The translations under genes were made by a program, and so were the position numbers. Shown here in pieces: positions 38,886-51,040 of a DNA stretch of 64,000 nucleotides. The DNA lies in assembly GCA_951406725.2 (NCBI GenBank), contig OX597819.1, positions 75,392,001 to 75,456,000 of the forward strand, read 5' to 3'. The notes beneath the pieces were generated by a model that saw nothing but the letters and a program-made list of their open reading frames with translations, was not told where the DNA came from and did no database searches. The stretch comes from Octopus vulgaris. Lineage: Eukaryota. Positions within the stretch are counted from its first letter, which is position 1; every line of letters begins with the position of its first letter.

Positions 38886-41800
38886 TATTATTGGTGAATT
38901 GAAGAAATGGAGCTGAACGAAGATTGAACAGAAATCGTTTTATTTCATTCTACACGTGTTTCGAAAGGCACAATTTACCAAAATCCGATTGAATAATGAG
39001 ACCATATTGTGTCTTTCTCTTCAGGAAGAAATAGGAAATCCGTTGGAAAAAACAAAAACAGAACAGAGGCGGAGCAAAACAAATCGAACTAGGCTCCTAA
39101 GAGCCCATGGCAAAACTGTTTATCAGTCTATGTTGAGAACCGGTGGTTGAAGATTTTAACAGGTCAGGCAGCGGTCATTCCTGTGGGTGAGGGTGTGTAG
39201 ATGTTCTTTGTGACCGAGAATAAAGTTCTGACTATTTAAAGAATATTGGATGTATTATAAGGGGCGAGAAAAAATCTACTTAGAGACATGTGTGTGTTTA
39301 CTGTTCTATATATGTGTGCTGGCACAGGTTGGCAATAAGCGCTATTTTCTGGTCACTGCTGAGAACTCCGTCAAGGGGTAGAAAACATTTTTTGTGTACG
39401 TGTGTGCGTTTGATCGCTCGGCTGTCAGTTGTTAAACAGCTCTACACAATGGCTAATGCAGTAAAAGCCGTTGGGTGGCAGAAAAATATTTTATGTTTTA
39501 TGTGTGCGTGTGTTCGTCTAATCATGCCTTGTCAAAGAAACCCCCCGTCGTCAAAAACAAAGCCCCGTTTATCTCACAGGAGTAATTCCCCTTGCAGTGG
39601 TTAATCGTAATTATCTTAAAGGCTATTTCAGAATTTATTACCAAGGGCTATGGGTGCAGGTATTATTTATAAGCGTTATTTATAAGCCAGATAAGTGTAA
39701 CGCCGCCAATGGGGGCATCGAAAAGCCGACTGTAAAAGTCCGTTTACCATCCGGTCTCTGGCGAACAATATATGGAAGAGTTCGGAGACACAAAGGTTGC
39801 ACTTCCTTCTGCCCCTATCAAATGGGAGGGCCACCGACAAAATTGACCATTCCAGCCTGTAGCTTGAGTTCGTATCCTTCAATCGCCATATTAGCTTGCT
39901 GAGTCCCGTGGTCTGGCGTTTATTCATGTCTCGAAAAGTTGCGTAATGATTGGAGATTCGCAAAGCCAATCTTGACGATGAGGCCCCTACATAAGCGTAG
40001 ACATCTGAGTCCGTGTAAACCTTGCATTGGTAGACGGCGTTTCTGATCTTGGAGTTCGCCGACGTGAATCTTATTCTGCTAGGATTAGTTTCTGAAATTA
40101 GAACTGCGTTACTGTCACTATATTTGTTACAAGAACTGCAGCCGCTTACTACTTTATTTTCCACTACGTCACTATTAACTAACGGAATAACCCCTGATTC
40201 TCCACTATCTATCAGAGTGCTGTCATTGCTAGTGCCCGTGGTGTTGCTATTGCCGGAAATGATGCTGGGGTTGCTATTGGGACTCTCTACCCTACTGCCA
40301 TTGTTACCGTCAACCACAACACCCCTATTTATAACTATACCCCTAGTGTGTAATCCCTGGCTGGAGCTGAGATTATGAGTCACTGTACTGGCTCTCATAT
40401 CATTATTACTACTATAATTATTCCTACTGAGCATTAAACCGGGAGCGGAAGAGGCTGTGCCTCCGGAAAAAGGTGATAGGGTCTTAGTAAGCAGCCTATT
40501 ATTATGGGAGGCGATTATCTGGGCGAGGTTTTTAGTGTTGGAGAAAGCTATCCTAACTTTATGCGAGTTAACCGTGGAGTAATATTTGGAATTTCTGGGG
40601 AAGTTATTGGCGATGGCTTGTCTAAACATGAGGGGGAGGTTAGTTCTAATCTGCTTACCAAAGGGAATTACAAACCATATATGCTTATTCCTATCTATGT
40701 GATGGGTCGGGACGCCAGCTCTCGCATTCGGGTGGGTGATTCTCGGATGAATAACGGGTTTTGGGTTAGTGTGAGATCTCCCGGACCGATAATTATCCTT
40801 GTTCGCTAAATTAAATGCGGGAGCGACTGCCCCAGCACCCGCCGCGCTCCCGTCCCTACTTAAATTGTTTATGTTATTTTAGACGGCCCTATCCTGATGA
40901 CCGAATGATGGCATCGGAAGGGCCGGATCAATATAAATTACCTTCTGCCTATAACCGGCCTTGGATAGTGCGGCGTTATAAAATTCGCTTTCTGCATAAA
41001 AATATCGGCACTGGCGGACAAGCCAGACAATCTTAGAGAGATGTTTTTAACCAAATTGTCTGTTACGGTTTTGGCATGATTTGAGAAGACACTGACATAC
41101 TTCAAATTAGTGGAAGGCTTATGGTAAGGGCAGTATGAGTCGCTATTAAGGTTAAGTGTAACGTCTAGGAAATTAGCCTTGGTGAGTTCGTTATCAAAAA
41201 CTATATTCATGCCCATTCTATTAAAAAACCTAGCTAACCTGCTCTTAGTTTTCTGCACTATTCTGTTTGTGGTGTTTTGCAGGTAAAACAGACAATCGTC
41301 ACGATACAGGCTGCCCGCGATCTCCGGGAATTGGTTGGACAATTCGTAGAGAATATATATTCCGACCAAATCGGCTATCTGCGCACTATCCGAACTACCC
41401 ATAGGCACATCAAATTCATTGGGAGTATCTTTACGGATCCACAACTTATTATCAAACTTAATAAACGATTTCCTGGCAACTAAAATGATATCTATCTCTT
41501 CTCTGGTGAGGCCAGCCTTGTTGTGAGCATGCCAAAGGGCCTTATTTAGCACACTAGGGTTAATCGACGGGTAGAAGCTGGCGATATCAAACTGAATGAA
41601 CCTAGTACGGTTCTTATTGGGGATGGAAGAGAACCACTTCACTACCTGCGAGGAGTTGGCCCAGAGGCTGAGCTTCAGCTTGTTTACTAAACTAGGGATA
41701 TATTTATCTAAAATGTACTTACTGATTATCCCGATATCAGAGCTAGCAGGGCATATGAGTCTTAGCGCTGGGTTGGTGTGGAAGTTCGGTTTATAGTCCT

Positions 41801-42562
41801 TCACTATAAATCTGGGTTGCTTAGGGCTAAGCGGCTGCGTTCTCATTTGAATTCCGTGTTTAAATATTATTTCCTTAATTTCCAAGTTTACCTTCCTCAG
41901 GGTACTCCAATTGGTTTTTCTATAATTTTTCTTGATCTCTTTACCGAGTAAATCTAGGTACTGCTTAATGGGTAGCTTGTATGTGTTCCTGGTCTTGTCG
42001 GACTGGACCAGGACTCTGTCCGTTCTATTAATGTCCTTGGTAATTTTATCTAGGTATCTGAGGTGGGCATTTCTCCTGGGTGACTTCCTGAACTTAATCT
42101 TTCTAACTATGTTCCACAAGTCGTCCTCAAACTTCTTCAGTCTTGGGTTAGGTGGTGGCGTATCCAATGTTTTAAAAAGCCGGCCGTATTCGGACAATGC
42201 TGTTGTCCGGTTCGATTTTAGATCTTCGTTCTCGTGGAAGAAAACGAGCCATCTTATCTGGTTTATGAATGCGTTGGTTTTACAAACCAACTCCTTAAGG
42301 AAGGCGTCCTTCGGTGGTATAGGAATATCCTTAAGGGACGCATCAATCTCGAACAACTCCATTATTGGTATCGGTTAAAGTAGCAGTTTCTTGACGAAGC
42401 GGTATGTATTTTGTGAAATAGAAAGATGAATAATCTTGTAGCAGATTAATCAAAAGTTTAACCGATACCTTGGTAGCAAAAATCACAGCAGAAGACAGCA
42501 CGGTTGGAGGTACAACCATATGGTGTTGCAACCGTGCGTTGGTGCGGATAATTGAATTTTAA
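38886..42562 (-). mobile_element. Naiad-like PLE copy 3, full length with frameshifts
   Basis: ORFs 40938-42362 (RT, YRDD) and 39676-40629 (linker plus GIY-YIG AVYQC..YVGASS..CNLCVSE). Confidence 0.92.
38944..39030 (-). ncRNA. Type I hammerhead ribozyme
   Basis: ttcttc CTGAAGA gaaagacacaat...attgtgcctttc GAAA cacgtg TA gaatgaa. Confidence 0.85.
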
Positions 42563-45500
42563 TATTATTGGTGAATTGAAGAAATGGAGCTGAACGAAGA
42601 TTGAACAGAAATCGTTTTATTTCATTCTACACATGTTTCGAAAGGCACAATTTACCAAAATCCGATTGAATAATGAGACCACATTGTGTCTTTCTCTTCA
42701 GGAAGAAATAGGAAATCCGTTGGAAAAAACAAAAACAGAACAGAGGCGGAGCAAAACAAATCGAACTAGGCTCCTAAGAGCCCATGGCAAAACTGTTTAT
42801 CAGTCTATGTTGAGAACCGGTGGTTGAAGATTTTAACAGGTCAGGCAGCGGTCATTCCTGTGGGTGAGGGTGTGTAGATGTTCTTTGTGACCGAGAATAA
42901 AGTTCTGACTATTTAAAGAATATTGGATGTATTATTAGGGGCGAGAAAAAATCTACTTAGAGACATGTGTGTGTTTAATGTTCTATATATGTGTGCTGGC
43001 GCAGGTTGGCAATAAGCGCTATTTTCTGGTCACTGCTGAGAACTCCGTCAAGGGGTAGAAAACATTTTTTGTGTACGTGTGTGCGTTTGATCGCTCGGCT
43101 GTCAGTTGTTAAACAGCTCTACACAATGGCTAATGCAGTAAAAGCCGTTGGGTGGCAGAAAAATATTTTATGTTTTATGTGTGCGTGTGTTCGTCTAATC
43201 ATGCCTTGTCAAAGAAACCCCCGTCGTCAAAAACAAAGCCCCGTTTATCTCACAGGAGTAATTCCCCTTGCAGTGGTTAATCGTAATTATCTTAAAGGCT
43301 ATTTCAGAATTTATTACCAAGGGCTATGGGTGCAGGTATTATTTATAAGCGTTATTTATAAGCCAGATAAGTGTAACGCCGCCAATGGGGGCATCGAAAA
43401 GCCGACTGTAAAAGTCCGTTTACCATCCGGTCTCTGGCGAACAATATATGGAAGAGTTCGGAGACACAAAGGTTGCACTTCCTTCTGCCCCTATCAAATG
43501 GGAGGGCCACGACAAAATTGACCATTCCAGCCTGTAGCTTGAGTTCGTATCCTTCAATCGCCATATTAGCTTGCTGAGTCCCGTGGTCTGGCGTTTATTC
43601 ATGTCTCGAAAAGTTGCGTAATGATTGGAGATTCGCAAAGCCAATCTTGACGATGAGGCCCCTACACAAGCGTAGACATCTGAGTCCGTGTAAACCTTGC
43701 ATTGGTAGACGGCGTTTCTGATCTTGGAGTTCGCCGACGTGAATCTTATTCTGCTAGGATTAGTTTCTGAAATTAGAACTGCGTTACTGTCACTATATTT
43801 GTTACAAGAACTGCAGCCGCTTACTACTTTATTTTCCACTACGTCACTATTAACTAACGGAATAACCCCTGATTCTCCACTATCTATCAGAGTGCTGTCA
43901 TTGCTAGTGCCCGTGGTGTTGCTATTGCCGGAAATGATGCTGGGGTTGCTATTGGGACTCTCTACCCTACTGCCATTGTTACCGTCAACTACAACACCCC
44001 TATTTATAACTATACCCCTAGTGTGTAATCCCTGGCTGGAGCTGAGATTATGAGTCACTGTACTGGCTCTCATATCATTATTACTACTATAATTATTCCT
44101 ACTGAGCATTAAACCGGGAGCGGAAGAGGCTGTGCCTCCGGAAAAAGGTGATAGGGTCTTAGTAAGCAGCCTATTATTATGGGAGGCGATTATCTGGGCG
44201 AGGTTTTTAGTGTTGGAGAAAGCTATCCTAACTTTATGCGAGTTAACCGTGGAGTAATATTTGGAATTTCTGGGGAAGTTATTGGCGATGGCTTGTCTAA
44301 ACATGAGGGGGAGGTTAGTTCTAATCTGCTTACCAAAGGGAATTACAAACCATATATGCTTATTCCTATCTATGTGATGGGTCGGGACGCCAGCTCTCGC
44401 ATTCGGGTGGGTGATTCTCGGATGAATAACGGGTTTTGGGTTAGTGTGAGATCTCCCGGACCGATAATTATCCTTGTTCGCTAAATTAAATGCGGGAGCG
44501 ACTGCCCCAGCACCCGCCGCGCTCCTGTCCCTACTTAAATTGTTTATGTTATTTTAGACGGCCCTATCCTGATGACCGAATGATGGCATCGGAAGGGCCG
44601 GATCAATATAAATTACCTTCTGCCTATAACCGGCCTTGGATAGTGCGGCGTTATAAAATTCGCTTTCTGCATAAAAATATCGGCACTGGCGGACAAGCCA
44701 GACAATCTTAGAGAGATGTTTTTAACCAAATTGTCTGTTACGGTTTTGGCATGATTTGAGAAGACACTGACATACTTCAAATTAGTGGAAGGCTTATGGT
44801 AAGGGCAGTATGAGTCGCTATTAAGGTTAAGTGTAACGTCTAGGAAATTAGCCTTGGTGAGTTCATTATCACAAACTATATTCATGCCCATTCTATTAAA
44901 AAACCTAGAAACCTGCTCTTAGTTTTCTGCACTATTCTGTTCGTGGTGTTTTGCAGGTAAAACAGACAATCGTCACGATACAGGCCGCCCGCGATCTCCG
45001 GGAATTGGTCGGACAATTCGTAGAGAATATATATTCCGACCAAATCGGCTATCTGCGCACTATCCGAACTACCCATAGGCACATCAAATTCATTGGGAGT
45101 ATCTTTACGGATCCACAACTTATTATCAAACTTAATAAACGATTTCCTGGCAACTAAAATGATATCTATCTCTTCTCTGGTGAGGCCAGCCTTGTTGTGA
45201 GCATGCCAAAGGGCCTTATTTAGCACACTAGGGTTAATCGAGGAGTAGAAGCTGGCGATATCAAACTGAATGAACCTAGTACGGTTCTTATTGGGGATGG
45301 AAGAGAACCACTTCACTACCTGCGAGGAGTTGGCCCAGAGGCTGAGCTTCAGCTTGTTTACTAAACTAGGGATATATTTATCTAAAATGTACTTACTGAT
45401 TATCCCGATATCAGAGCTAGCAGGGCATATGAGTCTTAGCGCTGGGTTGGTGTGGAAGTTCGGTTTATGGTCCTTCACTATAAATCTGGGTTGCTTAGGG

Positions 45501-45860
45501 CTAAGCGGCTGCGTTCTCATTTGAATTCCGTGTTTAAATATTATTTCCTTAATTTCCAAGTTTACCTTCCTCAGGGTACTCCAATTGGTTTTTCTATAAT
45601 TTTTCTTGATCTCTTTACCGAGTAAATCTTTCGAAACACGTGTAGAATGAAATAAAACGATTTCTGTTCAATCTTCATTCAGCTCCATTTCTTCAATTCA
45701 CCAATAATTTTAAAATTCAATTATCCGCACCAACGCACGGTTGCAACACCATATGGTTGTACCTCCAACCGTGCTGTCTTCTGCTGTGATTTTTGCTACC
45801 AAGGTATCGGTTAAACTTTTGATTAATCTGCTACAAGATTATTTCATCTTTCTATTTCAC

Positions 45861-45861
<1 letters not shown>
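42563..45861 (-). mobile_element. Naiad-like PLE copy 4: tandem partial duplicate of copy 3 with an inverted 5' piece (45628-45861)
   Basis: Near-identical to copy 3 from 38886 to about 41955; 45628-45861 is the reverse complement of about 42412-42643; ends in (TA)n. Confidence 0.92.
42621..42707 (-). ncRNA. Type I hammerhead ribozyme (junction of copies 3 and 4)
   Basis: As 38944-39030, but stem III is CATGTG. Confidence 0.8.
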
Positions 45862-45899
<38 letters not shown>

Positions 45900-46526
45900 T
45901 AAACTAAAATTATTGAACAAACAAATGCAAGGTCATCTGCATATCATTTCATAATTCGAACATTTAATCATAGAATATACATATAAACATCCCGCAAGAT
46001 GGAAAATAATTCATCTGTATAAGCCAGGGGTGGGCGAACTTTTTTGATCGCGGGCAGCCCAGTGCATCTTTGGAACCTTGGCGGGCCTCATTTATAAAAA
46101 TCAAGTGAAAATATTTTTAAAGGCGGTTATAGACCTATAAACACACAATTGATTGAAAGGAAATTTTGTGAAATATTCCTGGTTTAAGTGATTTAATTTA
46201 TTTTTTAGAGTATCGGGTTCATGTTTTTCGGTTATTTGCTCCTATAGTTGAAATTATTACAGGAACCTCGGTTATTTTGGACAGCCTGTTATTGCTTACA
46301 AATTGCCAGGAATGGAATTTTCCTAGTAAAATCTGCACTAATTGTGGACAACCACCTCTTAATATTATGGACAGCCATGATGAATATTATACTTAAATTC
46401 TAGGATACCCAAAATAAAAGATTTTAAAGAGAAATAACAGTTTATTAATATGAATTGATATCTGAAATTAGAAACGTCACCTGAAGCATTTATTTGAAAA
46501 ACAAAGCGGCTCTGTAAATAACAATG

Positions 46527-48098
46527 TCAATGAGAATGATGCAGCTGACTACAGTCATTTACCAGTTTGTCAAAATTAGGTGTCAAGTTGCTTGTGCTGA
46601 TTCTTAACACTGACTGAAGATTTGAGTCTGTGAGAAGTGATCGATTCTTCCTCTTGTTAATTTTCATGATGGAGAAAGTCTGCTCACATATGTAAGTTGA
46701 TGCAAACAACACAAACATCTTTCTTGCAAATTTTTTTAGATTTTGAAACTTTTTTGAATGTAGAGAAGCACAAAACTCGACCAGTGGTTTACTTTCAAAC
46801 ATCATCTTTAAAGAATTGTCGGCTTGCAAATGAATCACTTCTATCTGCAGTTCCTCGATAGTTGTTTCAATGTCACAGGCAAGAGGTGAGTTAAGCAAAT
46901 CGAACAGGCCTTCAACTGCCTTGAAATCAGCAAATCTTCTAATGAATTCCTTTTGTAAAGCCATCAACTGGGAACTGTACTTGTCCGATGATTCTTGTGT
47001 AACAGACTGTGTTTTCAGCAGAGGGAAGTGAATAAATTTTTGCTCATTCAGCTGCTTGGCAAAAAGTCCAAGCTTCCATTGAAAAGCTTTCACTTCCAGG
47101 TACAATTCATGAGCAAATATACCTTTGCCTTGCAGTTTTGTGTTAAGTTCATTCAGCTTCTGCATTATGTCCACAGCAAATGCAAAATCACAAACCCATT
47201 CGTCACTCTCCATTTCGTTTAAAAAGTCGCAGGAGATGTCTTGCATTTTGAGAAACATAAGAATCTCTGCTTTGAGGTCCCATACTCTCTTAAGAACTTT
47301 TCCAATGCTTAACCAGTGGACATTTGTGTAGTACAGCACATCAGTAAAATCAGCCTCCACATCCTCCAAGAAACTTCGGAATTGCCTGTGTTTCAATCCC
47401 CGTGATCTTATTAAATTCACTGCACGCACCACAGGTTCGATGACATGTTTGAGTTTTAAAGATGACTTACAAAGGCTTTCTTGATGTATGATGCAGTGAA
47501 AAGACAACACACTGTGTAGTGGAAAATCTTCTTTGATTTTGTCATTCAACAACTTCACAAGGCCGGAATGTTTACTGGTGAGTGAAGGAGCTCCATCGGT
47601 TGTAATGCTGGCCAGTTTATTTAGGGTTAATCCAGACCTGATTGAACTGTTAATGACACTGTTGAACAAATCTTTTCCAGTAGTAGTGTCTTTGAGAGAC
47701 TCCATAGATATCAATTCTTCTGTAATTTCAAAGTTTTCATCAATTCCTCTGATGTAAATGAGTAACTGAGCAGTATCCTGAATATCTGTACTCTCATCTA
47801 AAGCAATAGAAAACCACTGAAATCGACCACTGGCTGTTAACAGCTGTTCATGAATATTCACGGCAATTGCATCAATGCGACGAACAATAGTTCTTCCTGA
47901 CAGGGAAATGGCTTCTACTTTTAACTTAACTTCAGGACACACAACGCTGACAGCATCAACCATACAATCTTTGATAAATTCTGCTTCTGCGAATGACTTG
48001 TTTTGCTTTGCAATTTTGTTGGCCAATATAAAACTTGCCTTTGTCGCGTTCCTTTGTAAAGAGGAAGTTTTATCAAACACCTTTTGCTGTTGCTTCAA
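46527..48098 (-). CDS. hAT transposase (Charlie/SPIN/GTF2IRD2-like); N-terminal Zn finger disrupted
   Basis: SIALDESTD, SITTDGAP, HCIIHQE, HWLS, STYICEQTFS; TIR-like CAGGGGTGGGCGAACTTTTT at 46025; partner TIR not found. Confidence 0.88.
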   Translation of the reverse strand: MKQQQKVFDKTSSLQRNATKASFILANKIAKQNKSFAEAEFIKDCMVDAVSVVCPEVKLKVEAISLSGRTIVRRIDAIAVNIHEQLLTASGRFQWFSIALDESTDIQDTAQLLIYIRGIDENFEITEELISMESLKDTTTGKDLFNSVINSSIRSGLTLNKLASITTDGAPSLTSKHSGLVKLLNDKIKEDFPLHSVLSFHCIIHQESLCKSSLKLKHVIEPVVRAVNLIRSRGLKHRQFRSFLEDVEADFTDVLYYTNVHWLSIGKVLKRVWDLKAEILMFLKMQDISCDFLNEMESDEWVCDFAFAVDIMQKLNELNTKLQGKGIFAHELYLEVKAFQWKLGLFAKQLNEQKFIHFPLLKTQSVTQESSDKYSSQLMALQKEFIRRFADFKAVEGLFDLLNSPLACDIETTIEELQIEVIHLQADNSLKMMFESKPLVEFCASLHSKKFQNLKKFARKMFVLFASTYICEQTFSIMKINKRKNRSLLTDSNLQSVLRISTSNLTPNFDKLVNDCSQLHHSH

Positions 48099-48955
48099 AC
48101 GTTTTGTCAGATCATTTACTTTCTTTTGCAGTTCTTGTTTTGATAAAGTGGTGGATTACCGATTCGACTGAGCAACAATCAATGCATGCACAATACACAA
48201 CGTCCGAAAACAGTCCAAATTAAAGTCTTTTTCTTCTCTTCAACAATTCTTTTGACACATTTCAATAGATTACAGTTTGTCACAATGCCCTTTTCCTTCT
48301 TTTTCTTTTTTTCCACAGTTCTTTTTTTTCTGACACAATGTTCTTTTTCCTTTTTGTCAGTCTTTCTGTTTTTTTAACACAACTCACAAGTTCTTTTCTC
48401 TTTTCTTTTACATTTCACATCAACATCCAAAATTCAACAACAAAAACATAAACATTACCGCATGTTCCGAGTCTGCAACAATTTCAGCTCCTTCTACAAA
48501 TAGCCATGCCTTCTCGCCGTCATCTCCATCTCACTCCCTTATCCCCTCCGCTCATGGTCTGGCTGACTGTCTCTGGCCAACTCTCTGTTGCCAACTCAAT
48601 TCCTCTCGGCAACTGCACCTCTAGCCAACTGACTGTCTCTGCCCAAACTGACCAACTAACCCCCAGCTCTCCGCATTTTAAAGGGGTGGCAGATTTATTT
48701 TTTTCTCAACTTTGCTTAACCAGATATGGGTCAGAGGTACCTTCCAACCTCATTAATTTCCCTTACCGGTGACAAGACAAAGGCCCATAACTTGTTTCGC
48801 CAGTCCATCTGGCACCAAACCACGAAACTGGGTCATAGCACTTTTTCCTCAACTGACCTCGTATCTATATATATAAATATAAAAATTTTTATTTTTATGT
48901 TCAGTGACAATGAAAACAATTTTACAATGGGTTATTCTCTACTTTTATTTATTAG

Positions 48956-49070
48956 TCTTATACAAGAATGTTGTTGACAGTGACTTTGAAGTTTCGACCA
49001 ACTAAAGCCATTGTTTTGGGTTAGCTGGCAGAAACTTCGAAGTCACTATCAACAACATTCTTGTATAAGA
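48956..49070. repeat. 115-bp imperfect palindrome
   Basis: TCTTATACAAGAATGTTGTTGA...TCAACAACATTCTTGTATAAGA. Confidence 0.85.
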
Positions 49071-50249
49071 ACACATACACGTGTGCACTCACACACATAC
49101 ATACACACGCATCCATGTTGCAGCAAAATGAATGCCATGTATTCTTCCTAGTAGGGCACTGCTAATCAGACAAAATTTCTTTCTCACTACCATAATCTGT
49201 AGCATTCATCTTTGATCTACTTTTAAATATGGGATTAGAAATTCAGAATCCATGAGTAGATTATGAAAATATAGGGTCGGCTACCACTTGATCACAATCA
49301 AAATATATGACAAAATATACAAGCATGTTTTGAATCCCTAAATAAGTGTGTGAATAGAAAAATGGATTTTTGAACAGCATTGAAAAATAGACATGTTAAA
49401 CATTTTCTGTTCACATTTTAGTTAGAATCTGTTTTTTTTTTGCATGTTTTTGGAATTTAGAGGAAAAGAGAATGTTCAGAGATTTTTTTCAGATCATTTC
49501 ATTATATATTCAATCAATTTTTTTTATTTTTATATTTTTCATTTTATTGTTACTCATTATATAATGTCTAAGTTTTGTACATGTATATTTTTGAAATAAA
49601 TGAAAATTTCAACACCATTTTCTCTGTTTTATTTCTATTTTTATTATTTGGAATATCTAAACAAACCAGAATGTGCTGTACTACAACACAGCACATTTTA
49701 TTTATTATTCTTTGAGAAATCTCAGAATATTCTCCAAATGCTGCTCCCACTGGTAAGTAGATTGCTGAACACTCCAATGTCTTCAACTTAATTTTAAATT
49801 TTGTATTTCTACTCCTCACCACCTCAAATGAATTCTCTGAACAGCTCATTATTTGGCATTCCATCTCTAGAATTTTGAGATCCTGTAAAAATACTCTGCC
49901 TGCTGGAATTTTGTTCCATGGATCAATTAGCCAATGATAAGGTGTCAACAGGTTTTGGTGCCTGAAATTTCTCACTATTGTGACTTGTTTCTCTTTGTTA
50001 ATTATCCAGTTGAAAGGTGGTGAGCTGGCAGAATCATTAGTGCACTGGGCAAAAATACTTAGCAGTGTTTTATCTGTCTTGACATTCTGAGTTCAAGTTA
50101 TGCTGAGGTCGGCTATGGCTTTTGTCCTTTAGGGGTTGGTAAAATAAGTACCTGTTGAACATTGGGATCAATGTAATCGACTTACTGCTTCTCATGAAAT
50201 CACTGACCTTGTGCCAAAATTTGAAACTATTATTCAGTTGCTTCACTTG

Positions 50250-51040
50250 GTCTTCTGTCAGCTTTGAAGGGTTTCTTTAAACAACAACACGTTCCAGTGG
50301 TTGTAAAATCTGATGTACACCTGGCTTTCACAGCTTGGTAAGTTCTGTGGTATTTAATTTTTTTGTCTCAGATGTGCTGTAAACATGTCTATCTATTAAA
50401 GACTTCTGATTTAGACTTCATTTAACCTTTTCTACCACACTTCATTCAGTCACTCAAGAACAATGGTTTCATCAACCTACTTACCTTCTTGGGCAAACAC
50501 CCACTATCTCTTTTGTCCTTTGGCAGTGATTCTTTTAGCATTGTCTTTCTTTTAAAAACTATGGCACTTTTTAGTTTAGTATCATTAGCAAGGCATAAAC
50601 AATCTATTGTGTAATGGTGTTTATCACTCCAAGAAGTTTTCACCAAGTTTTCTGAATTTTTTGTTTTCCTACATATCAAAGAACATGGAGGTTTGTTGTT
50701 CATACTTCCTTATGGCTGCTAATTCAAAATCTTCCTCTTTCCTTTATGTCTATGACAAACTTTATTTTCTTAGTGTCTCCTCCACGTCATATGAGAGTTT
50801 CTGTGTAGACTGGGTTTTCAAAATAACCATGCAGTTTCCCTGAGCTACTGCTGGGTATAAATGATTACCTCAACTCTCTTTTTCATTAAGGAATATAATC
50901 TCAAAAGCATCAACCTCTCCCAGAACGGCTCATCTGCTCCAAGAGAGCAGGGCTTTTGGATTGTTTCCATTTCAGGAATAATCATTATGATATGCTTCAA
51001 CAGGTTGCTTTGCTGAAGTTTTCTGGAAATGTCTTGACAG
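50250..51040 (-). pseudogene. pogo/Tigger-type transposase relic
   Basis: VKTSWSDKHHYTIDCLCLANDTKLKSAIVFKRKT and an LQPL..KPFK remnant. Confidence 0.65.

Noticed and set aside
49568-49975. 135-aa ORF with faint resemblance to Polinton-type polymerase segments, and a possible plus-strand exon ending at GTAAGT near 49754
   Set aside because: No diagnostic motif and no supporting neighbouring exons.
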